From NCBI GenBank assembly GCA_009103225.1, contig RHPI01000003.1:404900-468899 (forward strand): a DNA stretch of 64,000 nt. Reading direction: 5' to 3'. The stretch is from Chlorokybus atmophyticus. Taxonomy: Eukaryota > Plantae > Mesostigma and Chlorokybus algae. The notes under the pieces were generated by a model. The model had not been told where the DNA came from. It did not search any database and saw nothing but the letters and a program-made list of their open reading frames with translations. Every line of letters starts with the position of its first letter. Position 1 is the stretch's first letter. The translations under genes and the position numbers were made by a program. Below are positions 26,992 through 43,390 of this stretch, piece by piece.

Positions 26992-27781
26992 TGCACAGCA
27001 GCCCTGCTAGTGACTGCTCAGGTACTCTCTGAGGGACATCTCAGCGGCTCCGGACTGATAGGCTGTCGTCTTTGCCAAGCCTGTTCATGTCATTCTTCGT
27101 TTATGAAGGCTTTACCACGCCACAGGACTTGTAATGCATGCTTGGTACAGCTGCGATCAATATTCAGGTCCTGCAAAAGTGTGCAACATATCCTTATTGC
27201 TGAGTGGTTGTAGTTGAGCAACCAGCTCTTTGCATGACATGCACACTTTCTGAAGTCAATGTCGCTCCTACAGACTGACTGCTCGTGCAATGTTGACATT
27301 GTTGACATAAGTGAAATTGCTTAGCTTCCAATGTAACTGCTGCAAGCCAGTTCCTATCAAATTCGCCACAGCAAACAGCACGTACCGTTGACAAATATCT
27401 CAACATGCTCCAGCCCCGCTTGTTGTCCTCCGTCTCACTTGCAACTACGCAAAGCCTCTCTGTCTGTTTGTGCAACTGTTCCCTCACTTGCACAGCTGCA
27501 CAGCTTCCAACTTGCTACCAGCGTCAACACTGGGCCAGTGTCACTGGCTAGCCTTCTCCAGTTGCTCCACCATCAAGCACGAAACAACCAGCAAACAATT
27601 CAATCTACATCTACACGCTTGCAATGATGCTTCTGAGCATGATTATGAAAGCTGTCAAACGTACAACGACACACACAAGCAGATTGTTTGAAACTGCTGC
27701 GTCCAATTTGCTGCCAGCTGGCAGGCCGCAAGGAATTGCACGATCCGGATTGACGAACCCGGGTCAGAGATTTGCGATCGG

Positions 27782-27791
27782 TTTAGGGTTT
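27782..27791 (+). promoter_or_regulatory. Telo-box-like motif TTTAGGGTTT in the TOC34 leader
   Basis: About 80 nt upstream of ATG 27871. Confidence 0.5.
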
Positions 27792-27870
27792 TGCAGAACT
27801 CTAACCCTGCTTGTGTGGCACAGGCAGGCGGCGGCGGCGGGAGGAGAGTGGTCGGGGGGTTGGTGCAGCT

Positions 27871-30800
27871 ATGGCGCAGGCGCGTGCTGAGTATGCTGAG
27901 GAGGAGCTGCACGAGGGAGAGGAGTACGACGACGAGGAGGAGTACGATGAGGACGAGCTGGAGGAGGGTGAGGAGTACGACGAGGAGGACGCAGAAGGTT
28001 TGAGCGGAAGGGCTGTCTTGTGGCTTGCATGCTAAACGCTTTTGCTTGTGCGTGTCTGAGAAGCAACGTGCTGGCAAAGGGGCACCACTGTGGCTGTCGA
28101 GCCCTGCAATGCACAGCCCCGCGCATATCCTGTACGCAGGCCAGTCGGCTTCTTGCCCAGCAGTCTCTGCTGCAGCAACTTCTTCTTGCGGCCGCGCTCT
28201 GCTGTGCATTGCAAGCAAAACAATTTGTACATGCCCATCTCTGCCACTGCGCTTAGATACTGTATGCGAGACGGCTGGTTTCTGTACTGCAGTATCATTT
28301 GCAGAATGTCATGGTCCCATGGTCATTGCGACAGCGCTGGTTGACTTGGTGCATGAGGTTGCATAACACCGTATGGACTTGGGTTGCAACAAGCTGGCTA
28401 TGCCTTATGGCTTCATGCCACCTTGCTGCGCTGGTTGCCACAGTCACCTACATTGTAGATTTCCTTGCTGGTAGGATTTCTGTTTTACTGCATGCAAAAG
28501 CTGGCTGTGCTCAGAGCCAGCTTTCGCATGTTGCCAGGGGGCTTGCAGCTGGCTAGAACCTCCACGGCGTGTCTGTCAATGCTTGCAAGCGTCGTATGCT
28601 TGACAGGCACGCGGTGCAAATGGCTTCCTTGATTGGACAGCTTGTCGTCATGAAGTAGTCCCATTACCGATCTTTATTGGTGTAATTGATTTGACCAATT
28701 CATTGGTTATTGGATAAGGCAGGATTACCCAAACTCAGTGGTCCGTCATGCATGGCTATCATCCACAGGCTGCCAGTCACATCAACAGGGGACCATTGAT
28801 CAGTTCTCATTGGCAGGCGTTGCAGGCGAGGCTGGTCAGCCGGGAGCAACCACGCAGCGTGCGCCTGCCACGGGTGTTTACATTCGGGGCTTGGAGCCGG
28901 AAGGCACGACCGCCAGCGCCTTTGGAGGTCAGCCCGCGTAGTTGGCTATTCTTTTTACTACGTCTTAGCCTCCGGTGATAGCTGCATATCCAAATTGGCC
29001 TTCCGCAGCTTGGTGGTCTGCTTATTAACAGCAGTCTGGTCAAGGTTCCTGCATGCTTGTGTTGCGCTTGCATACTGTGTCGGTGTCCATGTGCGCAAGT
29101 AGTTGGTCAAGTGGTAGGTAGGACTTGATCGCACGAAGCATGGCTGTTGAGCAGTTCAGCACCATCTGCCTTGCATCGCGTGTGGATCAGGACGTGGCGG
29201 ACTGAGTAGTAGTAGTAGTCCGTAGACTGTATATATGCCACACAGTTATGCCATGTCTGCTGCTGTCTTGCTTAGCGGTCGTCCCGTATTCACACCATGA
29301 GGTCTGCTTGAACATGCGGACTTTCACGAAAAGCAGTTGTCTCCTTGCTGAGTCGGGAGTTGATTGCAGCAAGCTTCTTGAATGCGAGGCGAAATACTGG
29401 CACTGCCAACTGGGAGGGCCTTATGCAACTCCCTGCCCCAACGCAAGCAGTGCTGCATGAGCTTTTGGAGCGGCTAAGAGCACAGGTGTGATTCTTCTTC
29501 CAGGTCGCCTGTCCTTGGTTACATGGTGGTTTGTTCTGCGACACTAACGTTGGATGGGACTGCAGGGCAAGAATCAGCTCACGATTTTGCTGCTTGGAAA
29601 GACGGGTGTTGGGAAAAGCTCGCTGGCGAATTCTATTTTGGGTGAACATGCGTGCAATGTTAGCGGCTTTGGGGTGAGCTACATGTTGAACAGCAATAAG
29701 CGCATGACTTTTCCCATTGCTGCTCATGCATTCAAGCAACAGATGCTGCTTGGTCTTGAGACATTGCCCATCATGGTGTTGTTGTGCTGCGCAAGCTTGG
29801 AACATCTACCTTGAAGAGAAGGCATTACCGCATTCTGGTGCCCTACCAGTAACAATGCACACAGCTGATGCAACATATGACGTTTGTATGGCAGGCTGGA
29901 ACACAGCGCACACAGATGTTCTCAAGAGCTAAGGCAGGGTTTACCATCAACCTCATTGATACGCCTGGATTGCTGGAAGGCGACTCTGTGGATGAGAGCT
30001 CCATTGCAAACATCCGCAAGTTCATCAGTGACAAGGAGGTGCATGCTGTCCTGTATGTCGACCGACTGGACATGTATCGTGTTGAAACGTCTGACCGGCA
30101 AGCGGCCAAGGCTCTGACCCGCACATTTGGTCGCAAGCTCTGGAAGCTGTGTACAATTGTGCTCACGCATGGGTATGTGCTTGTTCACATTGAACTGTGC
30201 ATCATGACTATATGTGGCAGTATGTGATCTGTTTGGCACCTGTTGTTTCTTCTTCGACAAGCATTGTTTGTCCCTAATTGTCTTCAGGCAAGTCTCCCCG
30301 CCAGACAACCTGAGCTACGCAGAGTTGGTATCAAGGCGGTCGAAGGTGAATGGCGCTGAGGCTTGTGCAAGGATTCTTTGTTTCAGCAGCTAACCTGCTT
30401 TTTGCTCTGCAGATAATGCAAGATATCATTCGCAGTACTGTCAAACTACCTGAAAGTGAGGTGAGTATAGCTTGCAGCGTTTTGCCTCCGTCGATGCTAC
30501 GGCATGTGGTGCGCCCAAACTGACCTACCACTGCGATGGCTTCCACTGCACAGGCTCCTCTTTCAGTTGCCATTGTTGAAAACTCCAGCCGTTGCGCAAC
30601 CAACGGCTCAGGCGAAAAGGTGAAGTTCATTTGAGGGGTTGCATTCCCATGCCAACGCAACTAGTCGACTGACACACGAGTCTGCCCTGTGTGCAGGTGT
30701 TGCCAAGCGGCGAAGTATGGTTGCCGGCATTGATCACCAGAATAGTAGAGCGCGTTGAGCTTGCTGATGGCCCCTTCGCTGCTGGTGATGCTGTGGACCC

Positions 30801-31003
30801 AGGTGTGGCCGCCAACAGCCGCTTCAAGGCGTACATTCTGCCTATCGCATTGGTTGAGGTGAGGTTGATTGCCAGTACTACTGCATGCTGCATTCATGTG
30901 CATTGTTGCTTATCAACCTCGCATGTGTCAGGTGGTGGTGTTCAAGTTCATGATGGGCATCATCCGGCGAGATGCAAAGCGCGAGGCAGCTTATATGCAG
31001 TAG
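27871..31003 (+). CDS. TOC34: Chloroplast outer-envelope import GTPase Toc34/33 with an acidic N-terminal extension
   Basis: NWEGLMQLPAPTQAVLHELL, G1 LLGKTGVGKSSLANSILGE, G3 IDTPGL, VLYVDRLDMYRV, IVLTHG, VENSSRC, VLPSGEVWLP and a C-terminal TM segment. Exon phases were checked; stop at 31001-31003. Confidence 0.92.
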
Positions 31004-32757
31004 GCAGCAGCAGGAGAGAGAAGCCTGCAGAAATCAGTTTTGTGGTAGGACGTTTGTGTTTGCCTAATATTCACTGCTCGCAAGAGTTGTGGCATAACAT
31101 TTGTGCTGCCAGTGTGCGGTGACTAGCTGTCGGTTCAGCAGGCTGCAACTCTCAAAGCCAACAATACCTCTCCGTTCAGCAGCTTTTCAAATGAGACCGC
31201 ACTTGTTTCATTTGCTTACTCCCTTCACTGCCCCGCAGTTGCAGCTGCCTTGCGGAAGGCAGCATTAATGTCAGAAATGCTTCACAGCTAATACTTTAGC
31301 GGAGCTGCTAGAGTGTTAGCTGCTAGAGCTATAATACTCCAGCAACTGGCAAGCCACCAACCCTGCAACCGGGTTAGGTGCTTGCCAGTTGCTGCGAACT
31401 GCTTACCTGCCTTTGTGCAATGAAAGACGATTGACAGATGCGTAGGCTTTAGGTCTGTCCTCCTGCTGTCTGCAGAAACTGTCACACAATCTGTTGAGCA
31501 ATGTTGTGTTGAGAGTGTCTGTGCACATGCGTGCAGACTATTTTTGAGTGCATATGGCTTACTGCTGTTACCCAACTCTGGTAGCCAATAGTCTAGCAGT
31601 CTCACCTGCTGCTGTGCTGGTGCATATTTCCTCAAGGTGGTGGCATTGCTTGCCATTGTGCGCGCTGCTCGTCTGAATGCTGTGTCACAACCCCGCATTG
31701 CATACTTTGTGCGGTGATGGTGATGACATTGTGATGCATGCATAACTTGACCAACGGGGTGGTGTAGGTAGTAATGTACATAGTGTACAGAATATGCACG
31801 TGATGTATGCAACATGCACGACACATGCATGGACACTTAACCACAACCATACTCACCTCTATCACGTAGTAGTATAGCCTGGTGGTGGACTATCTGTAAG
31901 GGTGAGTGCGGACTGCATGCTGTGCTGATGCATGCGTGTGATGAACGACACTATGCGTGAGCAATGACGTAGCGCATTGTGTGTACACACCAGTGTCTTG
32001 CTGTCTTTAACACGAGGTTTGAAAACCACTCATCATCTGGGCAACTGCTCAGGTTGTCCTTTGGCAGCATCTGTGCACAAGGTGTCAAATTGGTCGTGCT
32101 CAGCCCAGATGACAATAACAGAGGACAGCACAGATGATGATATCACACATACCGATATTGTACACACACGCAATTGCCCTCACACGTGCGCATGCACGCA
32201 CGCACGCACGCAAGCAAGCAAGTGCACGGGGCACACACGTGCGTTCACACATACAGACACATACATAACGGGGGCTGCCGGGATCATGTGTAGTGTGAAC
32301 TTGACGACAGATTACTAGCAACGTCAGCAACAACTCCATCAAGAGGACACACTTGTGTTGCACATTGATGCATCTCACACACTACAACATCTGCTGTGCA
32401 TGCTGAGAATAAGCGGACCCACACATGTTAGCCTCTTGTATATTGGACACGCAGCATCTGCCCAGCTGCTGCACGCATTTGCACATACTTGGCATAGCAG
32501 CCCCGTGGCCTAGTGCGGTGGTAAACCTAGTCATGGTGTAGTTTGTGTGAGGATTATGCCATTTGCCATGTTGGATCCACACCGTAATACAATTGTATGC
32601 AACGTACACTCTTTCAACAATTCCGTGAGTTCACGTCATTCATGTACACTCGTTTGCCAGCGATCAGCTGGACGGCACGATCAATCTCTACAGCTAATAA
32701 ATTGTTTTGCGCGGTTTGCACACCTCTTACTGCTGGGTGGGAGGGAGGGAGCGGAGC

Positions 32758-34956
32758 TCATGCTAGAGGCGAGTTGAGGATAGGCTCGGATTGAAGCCCG
32801 TTGTCGAGACCGGGAGCGTCATCGAGGCTTATAAGGTTCTGCTCTGTCTCCTGAAACTCGACCTCCTCTTGCTGCAAGGAGAACTCTCCCTGTTGCGAAG
32901 CCTCTCGGGAAGGTCTCTGCGATGACGGGGTTGCTGTCGACGAGATCAGCGCCTGCGCTTCGGCCATCACATCTGGCGAGTCCTCTGTGGCGTAGAGGAT
33001 CTTTTGGATGGCTTGCACCACCTGCACAAGCAACAGCTCACTGTTGGCACAGACTTTCCGATGCAAGTACTCAAAGTACGGTGAGTGATGGAAGTTACCG
33101 GCAGGTCCTGCAGCTCTGGTGTCTGGCAGAGTATTTCCACGTCGCGCAGCTTCGCAAAATAAAAGTCCCGTTCCTTCTCTAGACCGTCTACCGCCAGCTT
33201 GAGCTCAGTCACCTAGTTTGTGAAAGAGTTCACCAACCAATCCATACAACCATTTCACAAGTATCCGATGATGCATGCATGATCGACACCCACACCTGAT
33301 TCTCAACAGCCAACCAGAATGTGCACATATCAATGCCAAAGGCAGCTCAAACCTGTTCTTGAGCATCCGTGCCGTTCTCTGGCTGTGACGCATCACCAGC
33401 ATCAGACGAAGCTGCAGGTGCCGCTACAGGGCGCGCGGATGAAGATGCAGTGCGTGCGGGCATTGCTGCAAACAACAATAAGATCGCTGGATTTAGTATG
33501 CTTGCAGACTGTTGACGAATTCAACATGTTCTTCCCAGCAACTGTCATGCAACCCAGCACAGACCAGCACCAGCTTATAACCGCATGCGTAAACTACTCA
33601 CACAAACTCGTGCTAATTGTGTCTCGTACTTATGCTGGTGGCACATGATTGAGGGCAAGTGCAATCATCAATGCCAGATCAATTGCAAGAGGTGTTGGGT
33701 TGTCAACTACTGAGCAGACGCATGTAGCAACAAGCCAAACTAACCTGATGATGCTGACACCGAGCGGGGACGTGCTGTGGCTGGCGCGGCAGGCTTGTTC
33801 GGTCGGTTGGTGGCGGAGGGCGCATTCTCCTTATTCGCGCGCTTGGGTGCAGCTGCAGCGGGAGCGCTGGCCTGCGCCATGCTTGAAGACGGGTCCCCTT
33901 TGCTCTGCTTCCTCCTGTCCACGGGATTGTAACTGCGCCCAACCCTTGCGTCAGCCTGGATCTTGACATGCTAAGTGACATGCTCGTAACATCAACAAAC
34001 AATTGCACTTCTCTATGCATGTGACATGTACGGAGAGTTCTGTTTGTTCTTGGTGTTGCGGGGTCAGAACCACAACACAGCAACAAGTGTAAGCATAAAG
34101 GAACAAGGTAATGACACTTATAACTGGTAACATCGGATAGATAACCGAACAACACCCCAAGACCAAAGTCAACAAATGAGACAAACTAGCAACATGCATG
34201 CCCATGAGGACAGGACATGTAAAGTGACTGCTAACTCTCGCAGCTTGACTGCATGAAGCTTCATGGTGCGACAAACGGACACTGCCAAGCAAGAGGCAGG
34301 CAGCTCACGCAACAATTGCATGACGGACACTCACTCAACAGGAGTGCCCACTGAGTCGCAGTAGCGTTTCATCCATTGTATAAACTCCAGGTTGTCCAGC
34401 GGCCTTGCTTTGATGAGCTTGTTGACCTCAATGTGCTGTAGCAACGTAAGTCAATCACCGTTGGCGGCTGGCGGGAGGTTAGTCAAAGCATGCAACGCAC
34501 ATCACCTTCGCAATCTTCAGCTTGTCAAACACCGCCTGGAGCACCTTGTAGTTGTTCACCATGTCGTACTCCGTCTTGGCATCAAAGTTCACCTAACGCC
34601 CCAATGCAAAGTTTGATGAGCTCATTTATTAACATCAACCTGGATGCCGACACAATGCACAGTCTACAAGCTCAAACCTTGTGCATGGGCACTTGGCCTG
34701 GATGCACGCTGTCCATCAGCTGGCAAGCCACTGCTCCATTGGCGGTCTGGACGATAGAAGATGACACCAAACGTCAATCAGATATGCCGCAGCTCGGTAG
34801 CAGCATCAAATGCAAACAGACGAGTTACACTGCTTTGCTCACCTGCTCTACTCGATTGACGTTGAGGTTCAGCGTCGAGTTAATCCATGACAACAGCTCG
34901 GCCCGCCCCACAAAGTACGCCCCGTCCATCATCCCAATGCCCGAAACGTTCGCCAT
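32758..34956 (-). CDS. EB1: Microtubule end-binding protein EB1
   Basis: [89 protein letters not shown]. Confidence 0.96.
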
Positions 34957-35449
34957 TGCACAGACGCTGCACAAGCCTTAACCAAGCAGCAGCGCCGTGC
35001 CTGGGCAGAGAAAGAAACCCCACACTCAACAACAGCAGCCACGCGATACTAAAAGGCAGTTGACTTTGAGCAGCATGTGACGGCGGAGAACGACGTTCAA
35101 TCCAATAGCAATAGCAGCAGCAGCAGCAGCAGTGGCAGTAAGCTTAGCACAAGCAGCAGCACTGAAACCAAACCAAGCAAGCCGCGCGCGCATATAATAC
35201 ACCTGTATTAAAACAATGAAAGTCGTCAAGACGCAACCACACCACAGCGGCGACGACGAGAACGACGGCGAGAACCCCAGCGGCGGCGGCCTTCACGAGC
35301 TTTACCTGCACTTTAAGGCGCCAGCGTCAGTGACGGTTTAAATTACGAATTTTCCCACAGTCGCGTTACCCGAGTTAAACTAACAGTGCTAAAAAGTTTT
35401 AACCCAGGCTGTCAGCGCCATCGGCCGGTCAGCATGCTCGTTTAGTTAA

Positions 35450-36650
35450 TTGTCGCAGCTAGCTGACACGCCGGGAGCACAGTTGAGTGCCAGTAGCCGG
35501 GCTACTGTAGCCCACTGTACAGGCACGGGCATTTTGGCCCAATTGGGGGCATGTGCTTGGATGTATCCCATGATAACCTGCACTATGGCAATTAGAGTCT
35601 GATTCATAGTGTTCAAAGTGCTATTCATGTACTTGGGATGTACATGCGAGGCACTTTGCACTCTCAACATGCTTGCACGCCTAGCTTATGCAATTGATGT
35701 AGTGTGTATCACGAGTTGGAAATATACAATTACATACATCGCGTTCGTGAAATCGTGCAACATTACTTGATACATAAAGTTATGTTATGTGCACCCTCTT
35801 GTTGTGCATATCATACACATAATTGCACGTTGCTCAATTTCACGGTGCTAAATCATTGCCGGTTTGCCCTCATGATGACGGCGAAAAGGCTGTGCGCATG
35901 TGACTTTGCAACGCAGGTTAACAATTTACCCCGGTTGCCTTCTATTTCATCAATATCTTGCATGTGTTTGCATGGTCACATTATATGTACCGGGGTAAGC
36001 AATCTTTTGTATGTTACGCAATGTGTACCGTACTACTTGCTGGTCCGAGGCAGAAACTCTAAGCTTGCAATCATAATACCTATGGTAATAGCATATTTGC
36101 TTGCCCGCTTATTCTCGCACCTTCGCTTCATGCGCAGCACATCACGCAATACAAAAATTCTTGTTTACAAAACATATGCAAGCTGCGTGCACTAATGCGT
36201 GCTCTCTGCTGCTTTGCCAATGGACGTGAAAGCCAAGCATCTTCACCGATTGCCTAATGCATTTGCCACGACCGATAGCATAATATCATATGACCTCGTT
36301 TCAAAGGATATGTTTATTTTAACATTTTATCTCTTACAAGAAGGATCTCTTTCTTTATTGTAAGACAATGCTTTCACATCAACATTGGGTTACAAATATC
36401 ATGCACTTTTCCCTGTGTGATGCTATATGTTGTGAAATGTTATACATGTAAAATACTTGCTTATGTTCATAAAGTACAACCTTATAAAGCATGCCTATTT
36501 ATGCATTCCATAATGCACCTTTTGTGTAAGAGACTGTCGATGATGTGAAGGTCTCCTACTGCGGGGTCTCTTGCTCTTACAATGCTAAAGAAGCGATTTT
36601 GGGTGGTAGAGATCCGTTTGCACAAAAAGTCTCCTACAAGGCTCAAAGGT
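35450..36650. other. AT-rich island in the EB1/PDS divergent interval, possibly a repeat relic
   Basis: Lower GC, short repeated (A/G)GTCTC(C/T) units at ~36547-36655 and an unassignable 163-codon ORF. Confidence 0.3.
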
Positions 36651-37194
36651 CTCTGATAGAGAGGTTATACTGTAGCGAGATCCAAGTGCAGGTTGTTGTG
36701 GCGCCTCGTTGTGGGGCGCCACAAATGTTTGCTTTGGCCACAAATGGCGTCACGCTCTACGGCTCCCACGGCGTGAGTCACGCTGCGTGACGCAAAAAAC
36801 AGGGCACAAAAGCGCTTGCAGCGGGCTTGCGGCTTGCAGATTGCCACGGTGGCGTCACATGGTCGCACGGCGCCAACGTCATCCACAATGGTTGCCTTGT
36901 AGGCGTCCGATCTGCGGGTGTATCGACCACTCAAGCTCGTGATTGCCTCGATATCTGTCGCTTGCAGTCGTGACATCCTACATACTGCGATATCTACCTT
37001 CCAGGCTGCCAGCCAGTAAAGCGCAAAGGCAGCAGCAGTATAGCTGTAGGGCATTGGAGGCGGAGGCGGCGGCAGTGTTGGCGGCGGCGACGTGGTCTGG
37101 CGCTGTGCTGTGTCGTGGGGTTTAAATTGGACATCGGCTGGGAGGTGCTTGCTTGGTGCGTTTTGAGGGTTTGAGCAGGTTGAGGGCTGCTCCA

Positions 37195-40221
<3,027 letters not shown>

Positions 40222-41292
40222 GTAGATAGATAGGTCACGCACATCCCATTGTTTTTGGAGTACAGACTTATTTTGAGTAACTGTATGTATGATATATGGA
40301 TTACCAGTAGCACGGTATTGTCCATCTTTGCACCTGGTGTTCCCATGGTCAACATCCTTTCTGCTGCTTGTCCATGCAGCAACAGTATGCCAGAGATTTC
40401 CTGTTTGACAGGCCGAGAACAGGGCGTTTGACCACAGCCATCGTCATGCAGAGGCGGTTCATTTCCAGGTACACTGCTATTGCTAGCTCCAGTGTACTTT
40501 AAACCGCAGTTGTATTGTCTGTGCTCAGGGAACAGTGATGGTAACATGTCCAGTAGCACAGTTGCTTCGCTTGCAGAAACTTGTTGACAGCATTTCGCGC
40601 ATTAGCTAGCTTACCAGTAGTAAACCAGGTCTCCTGCACCACTGCGAGTATATACCTCCAGCACATGGTTGACAAAGGGATGTGCGTTGCATTTTGTGCC
40701 TCTGGTTGTCTGCTCCAGTCACTGATCTGCATTGGAACATAACTGCGTTGCACCCACATGATTGCGCATGGGCACGTATATGGCATGTATGTGACATTTG
40801 TGGCATATATGTGGCATGTGTGGCATAGCTCATCAGATAGATGCATAGAATTATTGCATACTTCATGATCTCGCAAGGCAGCTAAAAGCTATAGCTGGTG
40901 CACTGTTGCACACTGTCCTTGTGCCAAGATAAACTCTTGGCGTATGCAACGCACTTGATGCGTACGCTGCTTACAAGCCGCATTATCGCATTAGTTGATG
41001 GTTCTGACACATTCATCATTGCTACCCCAACACTCTCTTGATTACCTCACAGGTCCTACTCTAGTGGTGCCATCCACCCGTCTTGGACAAGTCAGCATGG
41101 CTGTGTGCTGACATATCACCGCAACCAATGTGTCGGCCAGCTTCATTCATAGCGGCATTTGCGAGTAGACGCACAAACACTGCTACTAGGCAGCCACTAC
41201 AATGTGCAATATATGAACACACAAAACTGAGACTCTTCGTTTTACAAGTAAGACGGTATCACACTCTAGTAATGAGTCTCACACGGGGCTCA

Positions 41293-42515
41293 CTATTTCT
41301 TTTCGCCCAACCCGAGGTACTTGAACAAACCGTAGGCGACTGACCCAGTGAAGAACGCACCGATCGTTGGCGTGAACCGGTTGTACACATTCGCTAGGAT
41401 CCAGTCATCAACCGACTCTGGCAAAAACCCTGCGCACACCACCAGTCTGGTGCCAACTACTGGCTTGCAGTGGCAATGCATAGTTTCAAGCACCTCTTGC
41501 AGATGGCGTGCACAAACCAGCACTTACCTGCAGTTGCAAGCGCGAGCCCTTCGGCAATGATCAGGAAGAACAAGAAACCCAGGAACAAAACGAGCCCTTG
41601 TTCAACCTGTGAACGCGTGACAGGCACCAAAGCCAGTCAGTAAGGCTGACTTTGTTGGCTTACTGGTGTCATGCATATGTAATGCAACTCACCTTGGCAG
41701 CAATGGAGTTTGGATCCTCTGTGGCCAACAAGGGCGCTTCTGGTCGAACCCGCCTGCTGCTGCTACTATCCGGTGAACTACTGCTAGCGCCTGCTGCCTG
41801 TCCGAAGCACACGTGCGTGTTAAGTCTTGATGCAATGACTATAGTGGGTTTTGTTCTCATGACACTCCGCGCGTGTAGACACCACCATTGCGTGCACTAT
41901 GTGGGCTGCATCTCAGTACTGATTCACATTGCTGCGCATGACAGTGAGTAACAATATGGCAAGCCTTGCATGCATGTGCCTTGACTGCAACGTACAATTG
42001 AAGGTGAAATTAAGGCTGGAGCAAAATTTTCAGACGGAGAAGAGGCAATGTTGCCTTAAGGGGTGAGGGCAACCGCGCCAAACAGCAAGCTAGCGACATG
42101 TACGCCTCTGACAATGCACTACAACAAGCGGGCGGAAAGAGCAAACATGCAGGCAAGCAAGCATGGTCACGATCCTGAAACAACTGACCTTCTTGGGCGG
42201 TGACGGAGTCTTTACAGGGCCGAAGCCTTTGGGCCTGTCGGCGCCAGAGGCAGCGTCCGCAGCAGCGTCCTCCTCCGCTGAAGCTGAAATAACCAGCAGC
42301 AGCCGCCCCCTCCCGCTTCTCCTTGATCTCTCCCCTCTGCCTCCAAGCCCCGCCCTAATGCCGCTCCCACCGGCAAGCACCCCCGCCCCCCTTGCCACTG
42401 GCCTCCTGCTCAAGCAACTCGGCGACGGCGACGGCGACGGCGACGGCGAAGGCGACGAGCAAGCGGATGGGACCGCCACCGCCACCGCCACCGCCACCGC
42501 CACCGCCGCCGCCAT
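41293..42515 (-). CDS. LPA2: LPA2-like thylakoid PSII assembly factor
   Basis: Transit peptide, KGFG motif, TM LFLGFLFFLIIAEGLALA, and C-terminus GFLPESVDDWILANVYNRFTPTIGAFFTGSVAYGLFKYL, which resembles the LPA2 GFLPE.WD...Y..FTP....F..G..AYG..KY pattern. Confidence 0.75.
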
Positions 42516-42572
42516 GACCACAGTGTCCACAGTGTCCACACTGCTGTTGTCGGCGTCATTGTGCAGCAGCCT

Positions 42573-42581
42573 AAACCCTAG
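42573..42581 (+). promoter_or_regulatory. Telo-box AAACCCTAG in the 170-bp LPA2/LSM6 divergent interval
   Basis: Exact plant telo-box core (AAACCCTA) between the two ATGs. Confidence 0.55.
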
Positions 42582-42685
42582 GCGGCGGTGGCGGAGCTGG
42601 AGGAGGAGGTGGTGGTGTAGGAGGAGGAGTAGAAGGAAGTGGTGGTGGTGGTGCTGCTGCTGGGGGACGGTGTAGATTGACGTCC

Positions 42686-43390
42686 ATGTCGTCCGGGGCG
42701 ACCGGGTCGGCTAAGACCCCGGCGGAGTTTCTGAAAGCCATCAGAGGCAACCCTGTGGTGGTGAAGCTGAATTCTGGAGTTGACTACAGGGGTGAGTGCT
42801 TGTAGTCCTCGTTTCTCCTTGCTTTCCTTCCACTTCAACTTAAGCAAGGCTGCACGTTTTTGGAGTGTTGGAGTGGTCGTGAGCACCTCATAAAGCGGAT
42901 TACATGCTTGTGTCTACAGCCGCTAACGAAGTGCCAATGTATAGCGTACCCTAGCATAGCAAGTGCTGTGGTCATTGCTGAATGCAATGCCTTGCAATGC
43001 ACAGGCGTGCTGGCGTGTTTAGACGGGTACATGAACATAGCGATGGAGCAGACAGAGGAGTATGTCGACGGGCAGCTGAAGAACAAGTACGGCGACGCCT
43101 TCATCCGTGGCAACAACGGTGCGCACACGTGGTCTCATTCAGTATAAAGCATGCTTTCACATCTTGCTTCTGCTCTGCTAAGTTGTGCTTTGTTTTGCTT
43201 TGCTTTGCTTGGCTGTGCTTGCTGGCTAATCATGTCTCAGCTGATGCTATTGATGTGTATCGGTTGACAACATGGTGTGCATAGCGAGTGATCATTGGGT
43301 GTTGTTCCCACATCATTGAAGCTTACAGCAACTCCTGCGTGCTTGTGCGCAGTGTTGTACATCAGCACAGTGAAGCATCAAAGGAGCTAA
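42686..43390 (+). CDS. LSM6: Sm-like protein LSm6 (3 exons)
   Basis: KTPAEFLKAIRGNPVVVKLNSGVDYRG|VLACLDGYMNIAMEQTEEYVDGQLKNKYGDAFIRGNN|VLYISTVKHQRS*. Confidence 0.96.

Noticed and set aside
35704-36195. 163-codon ORF with a CMCLHG word resembling the KDZ C.HG motif
   Set aside because: A single short motif in AT-rich DNA with no other support.
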